DNA of 64,000 nucleotides from Chitinophaga pinensis (GTDB lineage: Bacteria; Pseudomonadota; Gammaproteobacteria; Burkholderiales; Burkholderiaceae_C), in the NCBI GenBank assembly GCA_943326015.2, contig CALPRQ020000008.1, forward strand, positions 4,369-68,368, written 5' to 3'. Made by a program: the position numbers and the translations under genes. How positions within the stretch are numbered: the stretch's first letter is position 1; every line of letters starts with the position of its first letter. Below are positions 29,202 through 37,729 of the stretch, in pieces. The notes under the pieces are model-generated. The model was given only the letters and a program-made list of their open reading frames with translations, was not told where the DNA came from and did no database searches.

Positions 29202-29674
29202 CCTGGTGCCTGCCTTTCGTTCAATGGGTTGTCTGTCGATGGGAGCGGCGGAGCCATGCAGGCCACGGAGACGGTGGCATTCCGGCCATCGGCGCCGCGG
29301 CATTTGTGCTTTTCCACGCGCAGGGCCAGCAAGGAAGCCGGTTGGGCGGCATCGCCTGCGGCGAGCAAGGCGGCGGCTTCGCTGACCGATGGCGTGCCGG
29401 TGTGGCGGCGCACGGTCTCGCTCGGGTTGGGTACCGGCACCTGGGCCAGCTGCGCCGCCGGGAAGAATCGCAGCGGCCAGCCGTGCTGCCGCGCCAGTTC
29501 GTGCAGGCCGGCCTCGTCGGCCTTGATGTCGATGCTCGCGGCCATGGCCACATCCTGCGGACTGGCATCCACCAGGGCCAGTGCCTCCTGCACGGCACGC
29601 TGCAGCGTGGCGCAGGGCGTGCCACGGTCGCAGCCCAGGCCGAGCGCGTAGCGGGGGCGGGGTGGCGCGCTCAC
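29198..29674 (-). CDS. CbiG C-terminal domain / CobE-like protein
   Basis: GTG start overlapping the upstream stop; LGLGCDRG, SIDIKADEAGL, SVSEAAAL. Confidence 0.85.
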   Translation of the reverse strand: MSAPPRPRYALGLGCDRGTPCATLQRAVQEALALVDASPQDVAMAASIDIKADEAGLHELARQHGWPLRFFPAAQLAQVPVPNPSETVRRHTGTPSVSEAAALLAAGDAAQPASLLALRVEKHKCRGADGRNATVSVACMAPPLPSTDNPLNERQAPG

Positions 29675-30459
29675 GGTGAGCTGGCTTCCCGTGGCGGACG
29701 GTACACCACCAGCCGTTCGGCCCATTGGTCCCAGAAGGCGGGAGCGATGTCGGCGTGCGTCACCCACAGCACGGAACGGTGATGCTCCGGGCGCACCTGG
29801 TCGAAGCGGCTCAGCAGCTCGACGTTGGCGGGCAGCGGCGTCGGGCGGGTCCACCAGTGCGGACTGCCGGTTTCCTGCACGAAGGCTATCGCCTCGCCAT
29901 TGACCATGTCGGCCGAAACGCGGGTGATGTTGATCTTGGGCGCTTCCACGCGCCAGCCCAGGTGGCGACCCAGGATGTCCACGGGTATGGTCTTGCCGAC
30001 GTCGGACGCGGTGGTCAGCACCGGTGCGGCGCCGAGCAGATCGGCCACGCGCTCGCTCCATGCGTTGGCGCCGCCGACATGGCCCGAAAGCACCGGGATC
30101 ACATACTGCGCTGCGTCGTCCACCACGATCACGCCCGGGTCCTCGTCCTTGCTTTTCAGGTGCGGCGCGATCAGGCGCACCACGGCGCCGAGCGAGACGA
30201 AGAACACGATCTGGTCGTAGCGCTCGAACAACGGGCCGATCTCGTCGCGCAGCGCACCGGCGTAGGCATGCACCGGCTGCCGCAGGCCGCTGAAGGCGCT
30301 GGCGAACTTGGCCGAGGTGCAGACATGTGCCTGCGGCAGGTCGGCGGCCAGGCGGGCGGCCAGCGCGGCGCCATGCCTAGTGATGGCGACCAGGCAGACG
30401 CGCAAGTCGGCGGGTGCGGTGGCGGGGGCGGACAGGACCACCCGGCGGTCGGAACTCAT
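29671..30459 (-). CDS. cbiG: Cobalt-precorrin-5A hydrolase, N-terminal and middle domains
   Basis: SLGAVVRLIAP, KDEDPGVIVVD, LSGHVGGAN, TTASD. Confidence 0.9.
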   Translation of the reverse strand: MSSDRRVVLSAPATAPADLRVCLVAITRHGAALAARLAADLPQAHVCTSAKFASAFSGLRQPVHAYAGALRDEIGPLFERYDQIVFFVSLGAVVRLIAPHLKSKDEDPGVIVVDDAAQYVIPVLSGHVGGANAWSERVADLLGAAPVLTTASDVGKTIPVDILGRHLGWRVEAPKINITRVSADMVNGEAIAFVQETGSPHWWTRPTPLPANVELLSRFDQVRPEHHRSVLWVTHADIAPAFWDQWAERLVVYRPPREASSP

Positions 30460-31310
30460 GCTGCTGCGGCCTCTGCTGGTTCGGTGCGGGTTGAGATCTG
30501 CTTCAAGGCAGCTGGCTCGGCCAGGCCCGGGCCGCTTTTCTTCAGGCAGCCCTTGATGCGTTCGCCGCGCACGCGGTGCGGGTTCTTCACGATCAGCAGC
30601 GACAGGTAGCTGACCTTGCTGCCGCGCAGTGCCAGCAGTTCGTGGCCCGACAGGCGACGTTCGTCGAGCGCACCGACACGTTCGATGAAGTGTGCCCCGG
30701 CCAGCAGCTCGCGCGCTTGCAGCCAGTCCAGCAGATCCTCGATCAGCGGCTTGATCTTCATCAGCACCAGGGTGTCGAAATCACCGAGCAGCCGGTCGAT
30801 CGCGCTCACGCCGTAGGCGGCGGGAATGATGGCCACGGTATCGTCCTGTTCCGCGAAGGGCTCGCCCACTTCGGCGCAGGCGGCGGTGAAGGAATTGACG
30901 CCGGCCACCACCTGCACCGGCACATGTTCGTCCAGGCTGCGTACGGTGCGCGCCAGATGGCCGAAGGTGGCGTAGGTGCTGGCGTCGCCTTCGACCAGGA
31001 ACAGCACGTCGCGTCCGGCCTGCAGCCAGGGCAGCACGGTCTGCGCCGCCTTCAGCCAGGCGCGCGCCAGTTTCTCGCCGTCGTGTGTCATGGGAAACAG
31101 CAGCGGCAGGTGGATCTCGGGTGGCGCCAGTTCGGCGCGCTGCGCGATGTCGAGCGCGTAGCTCGGTGTCTTGCCGCTGCGCACCGGGTAGACCCAGACG
31201 GCGTCTTGCCGCTGCAGCGCGGCCCAGGCGGCGCGCGTGATCAGGCCCGGGTCGCCAGGGCCGAGCGAGAGGCCCCACAGCGTGCCGGTCTGGCGGGCAT
31301 GGTCAGTCAT
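30456..31310 (-). CDS. cbiL: Cobalt-factor II/precorrin-2 C20-methyltransferase
   Basis: GLSLGPGDPGLIT, LFPMT, EGDASTYATF, VAGVNS, YLSLL. Confidence 0.9.
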   Translation of the reverse strand: MTDHARQTGTLWGLSLGPGDPGLITRAAWAALQRQDAVWVYPVRSGKTPSYALDIAQRAELAPPEIHLPLLFPMTHDGEKLARAWLKAAQTVLPWLQAGRDVLFLVEGDASTYATFGHLARTVRSLDEHVPVQVVAGVNSFTAACAEVGEPFAEQDDTVAIIPAAYGVSAIDRLLGDFDTLVLMKIKPLIEDLLDWLQARELLAGAHFIERVGALDERRLSGHELLALRGSKVSYLSLLIVKNPHRVRGERIKGCLKKSGPGLAEPAALKQISTRTEPAEAAAA

Positions 31311-32643
31311 GGTTGCTCTCCTGGGTGTTGTCGCGCTGGTCTGGATCTGTGCCAGGGCTGGCGCAGACCAGCCAGACCGGGTTTTCCGCCGCCATGCGGT
31401 GCATGTGCAGGATGGGCTTGCTGCGCGAAGCCTGCAGTTGCAGTACGTCCCAGTCGGCGTTCAGGGTTTGCAGCGCCTGGGTGGCGGTCGCGAGGTTTTC
31501 CAGCGTGACGAAGTTCATCACCAGTCGGCCGCCGGGACGCAGCCGGCGCAGCACACTTGCGATCAGCCCGGCCAGCTCGCCGCCGGAGCCGCCGACGAAC
31601 ACCGCGTCCGGGTCAGGCCAGGCGTCCAATCCCTCGGGGGCCTTGCCGTGCTGCAGCGTGTAGTTGCTGACGCCGAAGGTCGCGTGGTTGCGCCCGGCAA
31701 TCGCGTGGTCGGCTTCATTCTTTTCGATCGCGTAGACATGGCCGCGCGGGCACAGTCGGGCCGCTTCCAGGCCGACCGAGCCGGAGCCGGCGCCGATGTC
31801 CCACACCACGCTGTCGGTGCGCAGTTGCAGGCGGGCCAGGCTGACGGCGCGCACTTCCTGCTTGGTGATCAGGCCCTTTTCGGGCTGGCGCTGCGCGAAA
31901 GCGCTGTCGGCCAGGCCGAAGCGCACCGGTTGCTGCGCCGCGCGGATGCGCCACAGCAGCACCACGTTCAGATCGGCAAAGCGCATCTGCGCCGCATCGG
32001 CCGGGTTGAGCTGCGGGTGGATGCGCTCACTGGCCTGCAGCAGGTTTTCCGCTACCGCCAGCTGGAAATCATCGCCCAATTCCTCGGCCAGCAGCAGGCG
32101 GGCGATGCGGTCCGGGCTGTTGGCTGGGCTGGTCAGCACCAGCAGTCGCTGTTCGGCGCGCAGTGCCTGCGCCAGCGCGTACAGGCCATGGGTCGGACGG
32201 CTGCCGCGTTCCCACTCGCCAGCGTCCTGGCTGTGCACTGAGACGATGCGCGCGTCCTGCCAGGCCAGACCGACACGGGCGCAGGCCAGTTGCAGCGTGG
32301 ACAGGTTGGGCAGGATCTCGATCGCGTCGAGGCACAGTTGCTGCGCGAGATAGGTCGCGATGCCATGGCACAGCGGGTCGCCGGTGGCCAGCACCACGCT
32401 GCTCTGGTGCGCGTCGCGCGCGCTGCGCACCCAGCCGGGCACGGCCTTCATCTGGCCGGTCAGGTCGCGTGTCACCGCGCCGGGCTTGAGTTGCTGCCGG
32501 AACAGCGCCAGCGTGCGTGCGGCGCCGATCACCACATCCGCCGTGCGCAGGTGGGCCAAGGCGGTGGCGCTCAAGCTGGCGGCACCGTCGTCGAGCACGC
32601 CGATCACGCGGCAGGGGTTGGGGTCTTTGACTCGGATGTCCAT
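31303..32643 (-). CDS. cbiET: Bifunctional CbiE/CbiT (CobL-like) methyltransferase/decarboxylase
   Basis: ATGDPLCHG (CbiE); ITKQEVRA, WDIGAGSGSV, FVGGSGG (CbiT). Confidence 0.92.
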   Translation of the reverse strand: MDIRVKDPNPCRVIGVLDDGAASLSATALAHLRTADVVIGAARTLALFRQQLKPGAVTRDLTGQMKAVPGWVRSARDAHQSSVVLATGDPLCHGIATYLAQQLCLDAIEILPNLSTLQLACARVGLAWQDARIVSVHSQDAGEWERGSRPTHGLYALAQALRAEQRLLVLTSPANSPDRIARLLLAEELGDDFQLAVAENLLQASERIHPQLNPADAAQMRFADLNVVLLWRIRAAQQPVRFGLADSAFAQRQPEKGLITKQEVRAVSLARLQLRTDSVVWDIGAGSGSVGLEAARLCPRGHVYAIEKNEADHAIAGRNHATFGVSNYTLQHGKAPEGLDAWPDPDAVFVGGSGGELAGLIASVLRRLRPGGRLVMNFVTLENLATATQALQTLNADWDVLQLQASRSKPILHMHRMAAENPVWLVCASPGTDPDQRDNTQESNHD

Positions 32644-32648
32644 GGCGG

Positions 32649-33851
32649 CTAGTCGGTGTCGAAATCGACGTGGTGCGTGTGGCCGATGCCGGTGCGGCCT
32701 GCGGTGGCGGGGCTTGGGCGCTGATCGGCTGGGACGGAGCAGACATCAGCTACCTTGTGGCCGGCGAAGTCGCATACCAGCACGCGCAACTGGAAGGCAT
32801 GACCGTAGCGCTCGGGCGCGGTCAGGGTGTCGATTGCGCGCTGCGCGAGCGCCCGGTGGAAGGCCGCGCCCAGGCCACGCTCCACCATCAGCTCGGCGCC
32901 GAAGCGCGCGGTCTCGGCGGCGACAATCGCAGCACAGTCATCGGCGCTGGCACCGATCTGCTGCGCAATCTCGGCCACCAGGTCGGTGTCCACCGCGTTG
33001 CGGTTGGCGTGGGTGATGGTCTCACCCTGCGCGATCTTGGTCAGCTTGCCCACCATGAGGCCCAGCACCACCTGCTTCAGGCCTTGGGCCACCACCTCGT
33101 CAAGCGCGTAGCGCAGGAAATCGCCCATCTGCACGAAGCAGGCGGCCGGCAGTTCCGGGCGTTCGGCGCGCAGCTCGGTCATGGCGAAGGTTTCGGTGCG
33201 CCCACCGGTGGTCAGCGCCACCACGCCATGGCCCAGCGTGGCCGCCACCTGGATGCCCTGCACCACGCTGGCGCGCCAGGCAGCGGTGGAATAGGGCTTG
33301 ACGATGCCCGTGGTACCCAGGATGCTGATTCCACCCAGTATGCCCAGCCGCGCGTTGGTGGTTTTCCTGGCCATCTCCTGCCCGCCGGGCACGCTGATGG
33401 TGACTTCCAGCCCGTGCTGCGTCAGCAGTTGCGGTGCGGCCTCAAGCAGGTTGTCGGCGATGTTCTGGCGCGGCACCGGGTTGATGGCCGGCCCGCCCAC
33501 GGCCAGTCCCAGGCCGGGCATGGTCACCATGCCCACGCCCTCGCCGGCGCGGTATTCGACCTGGCCGGCCTGCCCGGGCAGCAGGCGCAGGTCCACTGTC
33601 AGATGCGCGCCATCGGTGCAGTCCGGGTCGTCGCCGGCGAACTTCACGACCATGGCGTGCGCAGTCTGGCTGTCGCAGCGACCGTCATGCACGGCAAAGC
33701 GCACCCGGTCACCGTTGGGCAGCAGGCACTCTATTTCAGCGGGAACATGACCCGTCACCAGACCCAGGACCGCGGCGCGTGCTGCCGCGGCAGAACACAA
33801 GCCGGTGGTGAATCCGGTGCGCGTGCCGCGTGGGGTGTCTTTGTCCTTCAT
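32649..33851 (-). CDS. cbiD: Cobalt-precorrin-5B C1-methyltransferase
   Basis: GFTTGLCSAAAA, GDDPDCT, GVGMVT, AINPVP, GGISILGTTGIV. Confidence 0.94.
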   Translation of the reverse strand: MKDKDTPRGTRTGFTTGLCSAAAARAAVLGLVTGHVPAEIECLLPNGDRVRFAVHDGRCDSQTAHAMVVKFAGDDPDCTDGAHLTVDLRLLPGQAGQVEYRAGEGVGMVTMPGLGLAVGGPAINPVPRQNIADNLLEAAPQLLTQHGLEVTISVPGGQEMARKTTNARLGILGGISILGTTGIVKPYSTAAWRASVVQGIQVAATLGHGVVALTTGGRTETFAMTELRAERPELPAACFVQMGDFLRYALDEVVAQGLKQVVLGLMVGKLTKIAQGETITHANRNAVDTDLVAEIAQQIGASADDCAAIVAAETARFGAELMVERGLGAAFHRALAQRAIDTLTAPERYGHAFQLRVLVCDFAGHKVADVCSVPADQRPSPATAGRTGIGHTHHVDFDTD

Positions 33852-33858
33852 GGCTGGC

Positions 33859-34542
33859 TCAAGCGTCGGCGCCAGCTTTCTGCCGCGCCTCGGCCAACGC
33901 CAGCAGCGCGTGCAGCGCCGCCACCACCAGGGTCGAGCCGCCCTTGCGGCCACGGATCACGATCCACGGCACGCCACTTTCGGCCGCCATCAGCTCCTTC
34001 GATTCGGCGGCCGAGACGAAGCCCACCGGCATCCCTACCACCAGCGCCGGGCGGACGCCTTCCTCGCGGATCAGGCGCACCAGCTCGATCAGTGCCGTGG
34101 GCGCGTTGCCGATGCCGACGATGGCACCATCCAGCAGCCCCAGCCGGTGCGCCTTGCGCATGGCCTGCACGGCGCGCGTGGTGTTCTCGGCCTGGGCCTG
34201 TGCGATCACGTCGGCGTCGCTGATGAACTGGTGCGTGCGCATGCCGAAATGGGCCAGACGCGGTTGCGACAGGCCGGAGCAGATCATCTCCACGTCGGCC
34301 ACGATGGGGGTGCCGCCGCGCAGCATGGCAGCGAGGCCGGCGGCAACCGCCTCCGCATGAAAATCGGTCAGGCCGTTGAATTCGAAGTCGGCGTTGGCGT
34401 GGATCATGCGTCGCACGATCGGCCACTGCAGGGCGGTGTAACGGCAGGGGCCGGCCTCGGCGTCGATGATGGCGAAGCTGCTCAGCTCGATGGCCTGGCC
34501 GGCACGGGTGAGCTGTTCGGTGACGGTGTTGACGGTGCTCAT
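33859..34542 (-). CDS. cbiC: Precorrin-8X methylmutase
   Basis: RRMIHANAD, GNAPTAL, GMPVGFVSAAESK, GRKGGS. Confidence 0.94.
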   Translation of the reverse strand: MSTVNTVTEQLTRAGQAIELSSFAIIDAEAGPCRYTALQWPIVRRMIHANADFEFNGLTDFHAEAVAAGLAAMLRGGTPIVADVEMICSGLSQPRLAHFGMRTHQFISDADVIAQAQAENTTRAVQAMRKAHRLGLLDGAIVGIGNAPTALIELVRLIREEGVRPALVVGMPVGFVSAAESKELMAAESGVPWIVIRGRKGGSTLVVAALHALLALAEARQKAGADA

Positions 34543-35462
34543 GCGATCACCTCATCGGCAGCGTGGTGGACATGCACAGGGTCTGGCTTAGGGGCGGCCG
34601 GTGCATGGGTGTGTTCGTGCGAATGGCCGTGGCCCAGGTCATGCGCGATCTCGCGGTAGCTGCAGCCATCGCACGGCAGCTTGGCGCCGGGCACGCCGCC
34701 CAGCAGGTCGGCCACGCGCTGCTCCAGCAGCTCGCAGATTTCCTGCTCGAAGCCGAACTGCGTGCCGCAGGCGAAACGCAGCTGCGGATACTGCGCGCGC
34801 AGATGCGCCACCTGGCGCTGGATGCGCTGCATCAGCGTGCCGGTGTAGAGGTAATAGGGCAGCACCACGATCTGTGTCATGCCGAGCAGCGCCTGGCGCT
34901 GCACCACGCGCTCCAGGCGCGGCCAGGTGATGCCGGTGAAGGCCAGATCCACCAGTTCGTGATCACCCTCTTCCTGCAGCCAGCGCGCCATCTTGGCCAT
35001 CTCGCCGTTGGCGCCACGGTCCGATGATCCGCGCCCCAGCAGCACGACGCCGGTGGTGGTCGGGTCGGGCATGTCCAGGCTGCTCATCGCCTGGCGCAGG
35101 CGGCGCCTGAGGATGGCCAGGATCGGGTCGCAGGCCGTCAGGTGCGGGCCGTAATGGAACTCGACGTCGGGCAGGTGTTCGCGTGCGTGCTCGATCGCTT
35201 CCGGAATCTCCATCTTCACGTGGCCGGCCGCGTTCAGGATCAGCGGCAGCACCAGCACGCGGCGGGCGCCACGGGCGGCGGCCAGCAGGCCGTCGTGCAG
35301 CGAAGGCGGTGCGAACTCGATGAAGCAGACCTCGATGCGCCAGCCCGGCTGACGTGCCTGCCATTGTGCGACGAAGTCGCGGATTTCCTGGTTGCCGAAT
35401 TCCTCGCGCGAGCCGTGGCCCACTAGCAGGATGGTGGCATCGTTCGGGTGGGGGCAGTTCAT
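34539..35462 (-). CDS. cbiX: Long-form sirohydrochlorin cobaltochelatase CbiX with His-rich tail
   Basis: Two CbiX domains (LLVGHGSR...AAGHVK; LLGRGSS); CDGC; GHGHSHEHTH tail; ATGA-coupled to cbiF. Confidence 0.92.
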   Translation of the reverse strand: MNCPHPNDATILLVGHGSREEFGNQEIRDFVAQWQARQPGWRIEVCFIEFAPPSLHDGLLAAARGARRVLVLPLILNAAGHVKMEIPEAIEHAREHLPDVEFHYGPHLTACDPILAILRRRLRQAMSSLDMPDPTTTGVVLLGRGSSDRGANGEMAKMARWLQEEGDHELVDLAFTGITWPRLERVVQRQALLGMTQIVVLPYYLYTGTLMQRIQRQVAHLRAQYPQLRFACGTQFGFEQEICELLEQRVADLLGGVPGAKLPCDGCSYREIAHDLGHGHSHEHTHAPAAPKPDPVHVHHAADEVIA

Positions 35463-36271
35463 GTCTGGGGCTCCGAAGCCGGCACGCTGGCGCGGCGAAA
35501 ACGGTGAGTGAAACTGGCGTCGTACAGCTTGGATTTGCTCAGTTCCGGCCAGTGGCGCGCGCCCAGGGTCGGGCTGGCAATCACCATGGCCTGGCTCACG
35601 ATGCCGGCTTCGCGGCACAGTTGTCTGATGGTGGCCAGCGTGCCGCGCACGATGCGCTCCTGGCCCGGCCAACTGGCCTTGTGCACCACCAGCACGGGCG
35701 CATCCTCGGCCCAGCCGGCGGCGCGCAGCCCGGCTTCCACCTTGTGCAGCAGCGTGATGGACAGGAAGATGCAGAGCGTGGTGCGGTGTGCCGCCAGCGC
35801 TGCCAGATCCTCGCCGTCAGGCATGGGCGTGCGCCCTTCGACGCGGGTGAAGATGGTGGTCTGCGTCACTTCGGGCAGCGTGAAGCTCTCCACCGCTGCT
35901 GCCGCTGAAGCCATGGCCGACGAAACCCCGGGCACCACGGCCACAGGCACACCGGCTGCATCCAGTGGCTGCACCAGTTCAATCAGCGCACCGTACAGCG
36001 CCGGGTCGCCGGTTTGCAGGCGCACCACGGTGTCGCAGCGACCGGCCTGCTCGATCAGCCAGGCCGCCATCTGCTCCAGCGTCATGTCCTTGCTGTCGGC
36101 AATGACGCAACCGGGTGGCGCCCAGCGCGTGGTCGCCTCGTTGACCAGCGAACCGGCGAACAGGATGGCGCCGGCGCGCTCGATCAGCCCGCGCCCCTTG
36201 ACGGTGATGAGTTCAGGGTCGCCGGGGCCGGCGCCAACGAACCAGACGATGCCTTGGCGAAGAACGGTCAT
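35459..36271 (-). CDS. cbiF: Cobalt-precorrin-4 C11-methyltransferase
   Basis: FVGAGPGDPELIT, FAGSLV, RLQTGDPALYGA, GRTPMP. Confidence 0.94.
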   Translation of the reverse strand: MTVLRQGIVWFVGAGPGDPELITVKGRGLIERAGAILFAGSLVNEATTRWAPPGCVIADSKDMTLEQMAAWLIEQAGRCDTVVRLQTGDPALYGALIELVQPLDAAGVPVAVVPGVSSAMASAAAAVESFTLPEVTQTTIFTRVEGRTPMPDGEDLAALAAHRTTLCIFLSITLLHKVEAGLRAAGWAEDAPVLVVHKASWPGQERIVRGTLATIRQLCREAGIVSQAMVIASPTLGARHWPELSKSKLYDASFTHRFRRASVPASEPQT

Positions 36272-36290
36272 GCCGAGCTTGCTCCCGGGT

Positions 36291-36971
36291 TCAGGCGGCG
36301 GCGCTGTACAAGCGCTGCTCCAGCCACAGGCTGTCCTTCATGCCGTGGAACCACTTGGCGCCAGCCAGCACGGCGAGGTCGATCAGCGGTTCAACCAGCA
36401 CCACGGTCATGTAGGCAGCGCCAAAGCCGGCCACTTCTTCCAGGTTGGAAGCGCCCAGGCCACGACCATAGAGCGCCCAGAAAGCCACCCACAGCACGAT
36501 GCCGCCTTGGTAGGCGGTGCTCAGTTTCAGCGCCTGGGCGTAGCCGATGTCCACGTAGGCGGTGTCGGTCGGAATGATGCGGCGGGCCAGTGCGGCACAG
36601 GCAAACAAGGGCACCAGCAAGGTGGTGACATTCATGCCGTACTGGGGCAGGTCGAGCGGTGCGAAGAACAGGCCCTGGAGCAGCAGCCCGCCTGCCAGTC
36701 CGAGCGCGCCCGCGGCAGCACCAAAGATCAGCAACAGCGTCGATCCCAGGATGAGGTGGACCTCGGAAATGCCGATCGGGTGATGTGGCAGGACTTCAAA
36801 GAAACAGAACACCAGGGCCGTCGCCATGGCCGCGCGCAACAGCAGCGCTGTCAAGCCATCGCGCTTGACCGTGTCGAGTGCGAGCTTGGCTGTGAAGCCC
36901 AGGGCGCCAGCGGCGCTGGCGTAACTCAGGGCAATCTTGGCGCTGTCAACAATTCCAGGTTCCATATGCAT
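36291..36971 (-). CDS. CbiM-like cobalt transporter substrate component (stand-alone)
   Basis: N-terminal MHMEPG metal-binding motif, GISEVHLILG, GMNVTTLL; AAGGAG RBS. Confidence 0.85.
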   Translation of the reverse strand: MHMEPGIVDSAKIALSYASAAGALGFTAKLALDTVKRDGLTALLLRAAMATALVFCFFEVLPHHPIGISEVHLILGSTLLLIFGAAAGALGLAGGLLLQGLFFAPLDLPQYGMNVTTLLVPLFACAALARRIIPTDTAYVDIGYAQALKLSTAYQGGIVLWVAFWALYGRGLGASNLEEVAGFGAAYMTVVLVEPLIDLAVLAGAKWFHGMKDSLWLEQRLYSAAA

Positions 36972-37339
36972 GGCTGTGCTCCTTGTGCGAGGTCGGTAGG
37001 GGGTAATCAAGCTGAACGGCTCGTGCTGCGTGCCAAGCGACAAGGCTGGACCGGCACAAGACAGGTTTCGGGGTTTCGGGGTTCCCGGATCGAGAACCAC
37101 GCGCTGGTCTGGCACAGGCGCAGCTGTGCCCGCGCCATCACAGGGCGTCAGAAAGACCAGCGGACAGCACAAGGGCTGGCCACAGGTCAAGGCTGTGACG
37201 TCAGGTCAACAGGGCAGGAAGATGTGCGCGATGCGCACGAAGGCGGGCGATGCAAGCATGGAATATTCGGCGAAAAGTTCTGGCCACCTTCCCCGGTAGC
37301 GTTTGAACGATCAAGCCATGCGCTCTGCGCATGACTCTC

Positions 37340-37550
37340 CTGTTGGCCGGTATCCGGGCTGACGGACAAAACCTCCAGAACCTTCCCAGACGACGCAGCG
37401 TCCAGTGGCGAATAGGAGGCGGGTCGTGAGGCACGACCGTCCGCTTACCGTTGCGGGGGCAGCGCTGGTTGGACTCGCTCCAGTGAGGGCGAATTTCCCA
37501 GCTTCCCGTTTAACCGCGGCCACAGAAGCGGGCCGCGAGCACCAACGAGA
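37340..37550 (-). ncRNA. Cobalamin (AdoCbl) riboswitch
   Basis: Minus strand GGTGCTC...TTAAACGGGAA...GCTGCCCCCGCAACGGT...GCCACTGG...CTGGGAAGG...AGCCCGGATACCGGCC; P1 GTTGGT/GCCAAC; TAGAAT -10 at 37554-37559; upstream of cob genes. Confidence 0.92.
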
Positions 37551-37729
37551 AATATTCTAACTTAGGAAATGACCCGTCTGCTGGCTGCCAGCACTGGTGA
37601 ATCGGCAGGCGGCTACTGGGGTCAGCCACAGGTCCCGCTTTGACCATGGACTTGCTGCTGCTGCAATAATGCGCCATGGAGCTGGCCGCGCCATGCGGCA
37701 AGTCATTTCACCTGATGGAGACGATTCCC

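Noticed and set aside
29198-30459. cbiG in two ORFs as a possible frameshifted pseudogene
   Set aside because: The split falls at a domain boundary with a clean GTGA coupling; separate CbiG_C/CobE genes are common.
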